A stretch of 64,000 nt of DNA from Takakia lepidozioides (Eukaryota; Plantae; Bryophyta), in assembly GCA_030704615.1 (NCBI GenBank), contig CM060733.1, positions 49,352,001-49,416,000 on the forward strand, read 5' to 3'. The translations under genes and the position numbers were made by a program. The notes below the pieces were generated by a model. It made no database searches. It was not told where the DNA came from and saw nothing but the letters and a program-made list of their open reading frames with translations. Below are positions 57,520 through 64,000 of this stretch, piece by piece. Within the stretch, counting starts at the first letter, position 1. Each line of letters starts with the position of its first letter.

Positions 57520-60185
57520 GAGTAGCCTGCAAATTGGTAGGGAGTTTCCCACTTGGAGGCTCCACCCAGTCTTTCAGCTGGAAGCTTGTGTGTATTGTAT
57601 GGTCCAGACTGAAGATAGATACATCCAGGTTCCACAATTGGCTGCATATTGACTTTTGACATGAAATCCCTGCATTGATTTCCACGCAATGACTGTCTGG
57701 GCCATAAGTGACTCAGTAAAGTAAAGTGTGGGATAAATATCAGCTCTCTTGAAAGTTGGACCAATGTGGCTGGCCTGAGGATCCTGCACATATGCATCAA
57801 GGTCTTCTGTTCCGAGTATCACAGATTTTGGAACAGTCACTGTGGAGGATGAGGATGGTGATGAGGAAGAGGCCACCCCTGTAAAAGAGGGCAGAAAGCG
57901 CAAGGTTGCTGTGGCTGCTGGGAAGTGCAGGGGACGACCTGCGAAGAAATTAGCTGCGTCCGAGTCTGACGAGGAGTATAGTGGAGATGATATTGACGAG
58001 CCGTTCAAGCAGAGCCAAGGTTGGTCTTTTCAAGCTACAAGGGCTGATGGCTTAAATTTGAACTCTCTCTGTAGTAGTAGATATTCACAGGTCCTAACTG
58101 TGCATGCTTAGGCTACATCAATCAACTGCAGGGGTAAGTGGGAAATGGGGATGCATAACGATTTGTAGGCTAGGTCTTGACAGTTTGCCAGAGGAGCAGC
58201 AAGGAAAGAGTGTTGTTGTTCAAACATTTTCAAGCATCTTCTGTAACACAGCACAATGGTGCACACCTTCCCTCCCCGGACCCTCGTGTTACTCTCCTTC
58301 ATCTAGTAACCAAATTCTTGGCCAATGTGGGTTTCTGTTATAAAGACACACGATTCACCCCTGGAATGCCGTTTGGTACACAGGGGTGCTGTCCAAGGCA
58401 ACCCTACTGAAGGTGCGCAGTCATTGGCTGCTTCCCTTTTGTGAGCTTGTGGCAGGAGCCCATTTAGGCATAGTCGTAGAATGGGATAAGATGGCCGCAG
58501 ACATAAGTCTTGCCATTGACAGTTTACAAAGTGTGCTTCACCGTTGTGTGAAACTTGTAACGACCTGGAGATGGCTGCCGAGATGGAAGAGGCTCTAAAC
58601 GTTTGCACTTCATAATATGGGCTCTTTCTACGAAATTTTACACAAACCAGCTCTAGATGTTCACAACAAAAGCTTCCAGGCTGCGATGTACTTCTGAATA
58701 TGAGCTTGTTCAAATGTTTTCTGTTTTGGGCTCTTAAAAAGCTATGCCAGTCCCCCAGACCCGAATCAGACAACCTGAGGACTCACATATCCAGTACCTG
58801 GTTGTGTAAAATTGCTTGCCTGGAAATGGCTCACTTCAAGGGTTCTAAAGCCTATGACTTGACAACCTGCTCCACTGCCTCTGTGGATTGTCAATCAGTG
58901 GCTCCTTGTGGCCATTAGTGCGAGTTCCTTTTGTACAGTGTAAAAGCACCTGCTGCAAGGGTTGGATTCTATCCTGGAAATGCCTTGGGAGCAGGTGCTT
59001 TACACTGCTGTGGAATCCAGCTTATATTCTCTTATCATTTGCTGAAGTTTCCTTGAAATTTGCTGAAGTTCATTTGCTGAAGTTTCCTTGCTGAAGTTTC
59101 CTTGAAGTCTTGTACTGTGGAGATCGTTGTGTGAATTGATGCCCCCAAACTAGCAAAGGAGCTCGTTGGAGCCTTTCTTGTATGTGTAGGGTATGGGGGT
59201 TGCTGTATTTTTCACAGATAAGGGATGGCTGGTTGAAGAACTGGCATTTGAATTTGTGTGGAGAGAGGATGATCCCGATAGAGAAGGACGGATTCAATGC
59301 GCCTGAATCTGTCAGCTTTCAAAATCACTCTTTGCTTTCAGTTCACTGTTCACTTTGAATGCTGCACAGATTTCTTCCCGGTTGTCTTCGACCTCGACCG
59401 TCTGCTCAGCCATCACACCTTCACACTGTCGAAGAGTGTCACTGTCTGTGCATTCATTTGGCCCATCCTTACATCTGGCCTTGAATCGCTCCACATTCTT
59501 CATCGACATCAGTTGCCCATGAATCAACGCCCTCACATCAATATCAACCCAAGATTTATTCCGGACTCTAGAGTCATTCCATTTATTTACAGAAATTAGT
59601 GAGCATATGAGAGGAAAATACTCCATTGTGAAATGTGAAACTAAGTTTGAGATGCTGCCACGAAATCGCCTGAATCTGCAGAATTGTCAGATAAGACTTG
59701 CAAAGACTATAGATCATGCTTTGACAGAAGTCACCGCACTAATCAAGCAGTTCCCATGGCTGCAGGATTGCCATTCTTCACCTTGAATGACTTTTCAAAG
59801 ATGTAGTGCTTCTCCCCCAATCCACCAAGTTGACAGCAACCAATGACCATGAGGGAGGGTGTTAATAAGAAAGTCATCTATACCCAAGAAGTCCACACCT
59901 TACTGTCAAATCAGACACATGAATCTGCATCCTCTGTGATGCGTATAATTTGAGATTTCCCTTTCATGTCCTCTTTCCGTCCGTGGCATCTTGTTGGAAT
60001 ATAACCAAAAGAGGCTCTATCAATTTCCATGCATGGCACCAGCAAGTTGCACATGCACATGAATGCATCAAAACTGGATGGGTGAATAGCCCTAGTCCAA
60101 GAGTAAATTAGGAGGAGACCTATGATCAGCCCCTGCTTGAATGAATACAAATGATAGTGACAAATTTGATGTGGTCCATACAACG

Positions 60186-63100
60186 TCAATCTCTCCTGGT
60201 TTTCTGTACGTGGTCTGCAACAGAGAGGTGGAAATGGACGCCTGCCTCTAGCTCATAATCACCCTGCCCATCTATCGCCACTTTGACCTGCCATATCACC
60301 AGTCTTGGTTAGCTGTTACATAGCCACTGAAACCTTCTCTAACACTCTCCTGTGCTTTATGATAGCAGCTACCTTGGACTATGTGGACTACTCACCTCAA
60401 CATATATGAAGTCCTGATGCGAAGGTCGGCTGTAGTAACTGGTGCTCATTGGCTATCCCTTTCTCAAATCCTCAATTAGCAGAGCTTAGAAAAAATGTAA
60501 CAAACCTTGCGATTTGAAGAAAGTAGCTCGGCTCTAAGATTTGCTGGATCTCTGGAAAGCAGTACCACTGCCAAGTTCTCTGCATGTGCTGCATTGCCTG
60601 CCAGCCATTCAAAACCAATATGCTCTGGTCACACAAAGGACTTCAACTTACTTCGAGAAATGACTTAAAACCACTTCCTCTGCAGGGGGGTGAATCCCAC
60701 AGCACTCTTTACCCATAGACACTGCTGTGACCCAAGCATGAGATTCATTTAATACCCAAAAGGATGTCATAAAAACCAGAACCTGAGCAGATGTTTGTGA
60801 GCAGATCGTGGGCAAAAGATAAGGCAGGCCTTGAAAGGGTAATTGTGAAAGAACCGCCTGCAACTCCATGATATTTCTCAGATGCCAGGACAACCTGTTC
60901 CATCCCTCAATACACGCGATCATCAACCCATGCGTTTCTCACCTGCCACCTTATACGGCCATTGCTCTCCTTCCTCACATGCAGTCAATTTGACACAATG
61001 TTGCTTCAGATCTACAATTGCAGAGCTATACAGAAGTGGGGCTTCCTTTGTGGCGTCGGAAGTCATGCAATTAATCTAAAAAGCTGCAAGAGCGACAAAT
61101 ACAAACACAGGGTGTGACAATCAAAAGAAAGGGATGCTGACCGCATGGGCTGGGAGGTGCCGTTGAGACAAAAGAGGACCACCTACGGCATCTGCCATGT
61201 AGCTTGCCTGCCCATGACCCCACCCCACTAGGAGCAAATGAACTCTGATCCACAACTATCTCCTACAATATCCAAGTCTCCCCCTCCCTCTCCTCCTTCC
61301 CATTTTGCAACAAAGGACATAGCAAGTTGAGTCTAAGTTGAGGCTATTCAATACATCTCTCCTGCAAGACAAGCCTAGAATATGCATGCAGGGGATGTCC
61401 AGTGAAAAGGAAGTCAAAAACGGTTGACAGGGAGCAGTCAATGAGTACATCTCTCACATCACAAATCCACACAGGAAGAGATGGTACCTGAGCAGCAAAC
61501 ACATGGTGCAGGACACATGGATCAGTATCATGTCCAGCAATGCCATCAAGGATCTCATAGTAAACCTCCACAGTGTCAGTGGGCTCAAGTCCAGCTTTCT
61601 TGCGAAGCTTTTGAACTCTGTTCACAATCTGGCAAAATAAGATACCCAAACTTTGTCACAACTAGTCCTTCCTGCCTACTACAGCAACACATTATAAAGG
61701 GAGGAGCATACAAGGACATAGAAATTGGCCCCATCTATCTTCCTGTCCAAATCACAACTGTGGAAAATGCCAATCCTGAGCAGATGGACTATGCATTGAA
61801 CTTACTTCACGAGCATAGCCAGCTTCAAGTAGGCTCTCGTCAGGTCGTAAATCAAGCACCACCAAGACTTCACCTGTTTGCAGCCAAACAAAAAAATAAG
61901 ATGTTTTCAATTCTATTCAATTCAATTGCTGGTTTAATGGACAGTTCTCTTAGATGTACCATCGGAAGGGCATAAAAACGTTGTCAAGAAATTTTCTCTC
62001 ACACTCGAGCCACACACTACAGCTGAAGTAACCACAGCCAAGTTGACGGACATTACCGTCCCCGGATGCATCAATATCCTCCTTGTTGACACCATTAGGC
62101 ACTTTGAATTCTGTAATGACCTGCCCTACATCACAGCACCTTCTCAGATTCTGAAGTCCACATGCATGATATAATTGACAAGGTGTACATCGCTCCCATC
62201 TCAAGGCCTCAATAGGACAAATGGGATTGCATAGGTCGCAACTGCAAGATTCTGCAGTATCTCTTAGAACAGATAACTGAGAGTAATTTTTCCGTTGACC
62301 ATGTGCAGCTAAAACAAAAACTAATCCAATACCAATGTGCACCCTGGGGAAAAAAGAATGGAAAACTGAAAATAAGACACTACCACCCACCTTCATGTCT
62401 TGCAGTGTGAGCTCATGGCCTGCAAATGTGGCCTTACCAGTCTTCTCAAATGCCATAATCTCAGCAAGTGTCATGCTCTTCACCTCCTTCGCCACTGGCC
62501 CCATTGCCTTACCTAGTCTTTTTCCTAAACGACTGCACCCCATTCATAAGTTCATTCCCTTTAAGAGACAGCATGGCCCCAAGCCTCTTGTAATCTCTCA
62601 AGACTTCAACAACACTGTCCACTAAACTACTTGCTTGAGTTACTTGCATGTGTGCACCAGCAGAAGGTTGCCACAGCACTGTGAGCTAAAGCAGTGAGGA
62701 GACTGCAAATTGCGTGTTCGCCTGAATATCTCTGCTTGCTGTCTCCGAAGTCAACTCATATATAAACATAAAACCAACAGGTGAATCTACACAAGAAAAT
62801 AGTACCTGAAATCAGGCTCTGCCCGTAGCGATGCATACTTGAGAGGGTCATTACATGCCACTATGCCTCGGACATTGAGCTCTTCTAGCACATACTGTCA
62901 TCACACACCCCAGTTGTACCATTGCTCAACTAAGACGCGTGATCTCTGCAGTTGGTTAAACTACAGGTCTTTATCAGCAAATGGACAAGAAGTAACATAA
63001 TGGCTACGATAGTACGACTTTGCTGTAGCACTTTCATATGTGGATTGACCAAGCCATGTATGCAGTAGGTCAGTCCTACAAACACTTTCTACAGAGCTGC

Positions 63101-64000
63101 TGAATAAGGAAGGTACCTCGCTGAGCTGACCAGTGATGTCATCTAGGAAATCAGCATCAGAATGCACCACCACCATCTCCCTGCATCCCACCCCCCATCA
63201 TCACTTAATGTCACAATCAGATGTTAAACGCAAATGAACCAGAATATTTTCAGGTTCCTTACCACCAGGTTACGAGTCACCTACCTAAGAGGAGTCTTGA
63301 GTGGTTTATTGTGCCGCTCCCGAATATTACGGGCAAGATCAATTACTGTCATCATGCGTGCAACACTTTGCTCAATGCGCCTGTCAGTCTGGACCCACAC
63401 CCAGCTCCACACCCACCTTGATTAAGTGGTGTCTCATAAACAAAGAATGTGAGCTTCTTGTGTGGGTAGTCTCTTCAATGGTTTACTAGGGTGCTTTTCA
63501 TCCAAAGACTGACCAGACTTCTACCATATTCAAAACACTGCCAGAAGTTTCTGCACCATTATTGTGAGGTTGACTAGTGCGTCCTATCTTAAACTAAGAA
63601 ATAACCGGTATGGACGGTATGGACGGTATGGTCCTAGAAATGTTAGAATATGCTGTCAAACAGTACCTGGCCCTCCACCTCTGGAAAAGGGCAATAGTGC
63701 ACACTTTCCTCGGACTCAAATAGGACTCGACGCAAGTTCTGGTACATCCCTTCTGTGAAGAAGGGCGTAAATGGTGCCATGGTTTTGCATGTTGTCAACA
63801 ATACCTGCTCCCAGCCCTTTTATTCTCACTTCAAGAATCCAACAGCACATACCATACAAATTTTACTTTCCTACCACCCTTTTGGTAATGCTGATGATGA
63901 AGTCATCCACCTTACTGAACCAGATATATATCAAAGAGGAACAGGAAATCACAGCAATTCATGTTGCACAACTGTAGAACACCATGAGTTAAGCCAAATA
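60186..64000 (-). CDS. IARS: Cytosolic isoleucyl-tRNA synthetase, 3' exons (gene continues beyond the window)
   Basis: GT-AG exons encode PFTPFFTE..YQNL..SVHY, VIDLARNIRERHNKPLKTPLR, EMVVVH, YVLEELNVR..LRAEPDF, LGKRLGK, VLVVLDLRPDESLLEAGYARE, IVNRVQKLRKKAGLEPTD. The last exon 60186-60287 ends TRRD*. No disablements seen. Confidence 0.93.

Noticed and set aside
59038-59108. TGCTGAAGTTTCCTTG short tandem repeats (also CGGTATGGA x3 at ~63606)
   Set aside because: Ordinary local slippage duplications.

Overview
Eukaryotic nuclear DNA from a plant, probably an early-diverging land plant. This is inferred from the PLS-DYW PPR gene, the style of the F-box gene and the retroelement types. The first ~38 kb is a nested cluster of Ty3/gypsy LTR retrotransposons. 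It holds a degenerate Tcn1/PEG10-type gag with a probable LTR (1-1380) and a family-B solo LTR (TSD CTCCC) interrupted by a very young chromovirus, A1 (2552-8300, TSD AGCTG), which lacks RT. It also holds an older full-length but frameshifted sister, A2 (10713-17680, TSD CACAA), an FCP1/NIF-phosphatase-like pseudogene, and three truncated copies of a non-chromovirus family B (19895-38004). In family B the integrase appears to run in-frame, through a 30-bp repeat linker, into a ~1,500-codon extension made of a transposon-protein-like domain, a long coiled coil and an unrecognised C-terminal domain. This is the best candidate for an undescribed system. The last ~26 kb is genic: a disabled multi-exon AAA+ ATPase gene (premature TGA, frameshift, intronic LINEs and a ~300-bp foldback), an intact PPR-DYW RNA-editing factor ORF, an L1 remnant, a frameshifted F-box gene and the 3' half of cytosolic isoleucyl-tRNA synthetase. 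All coordinates and counts were read by eye.
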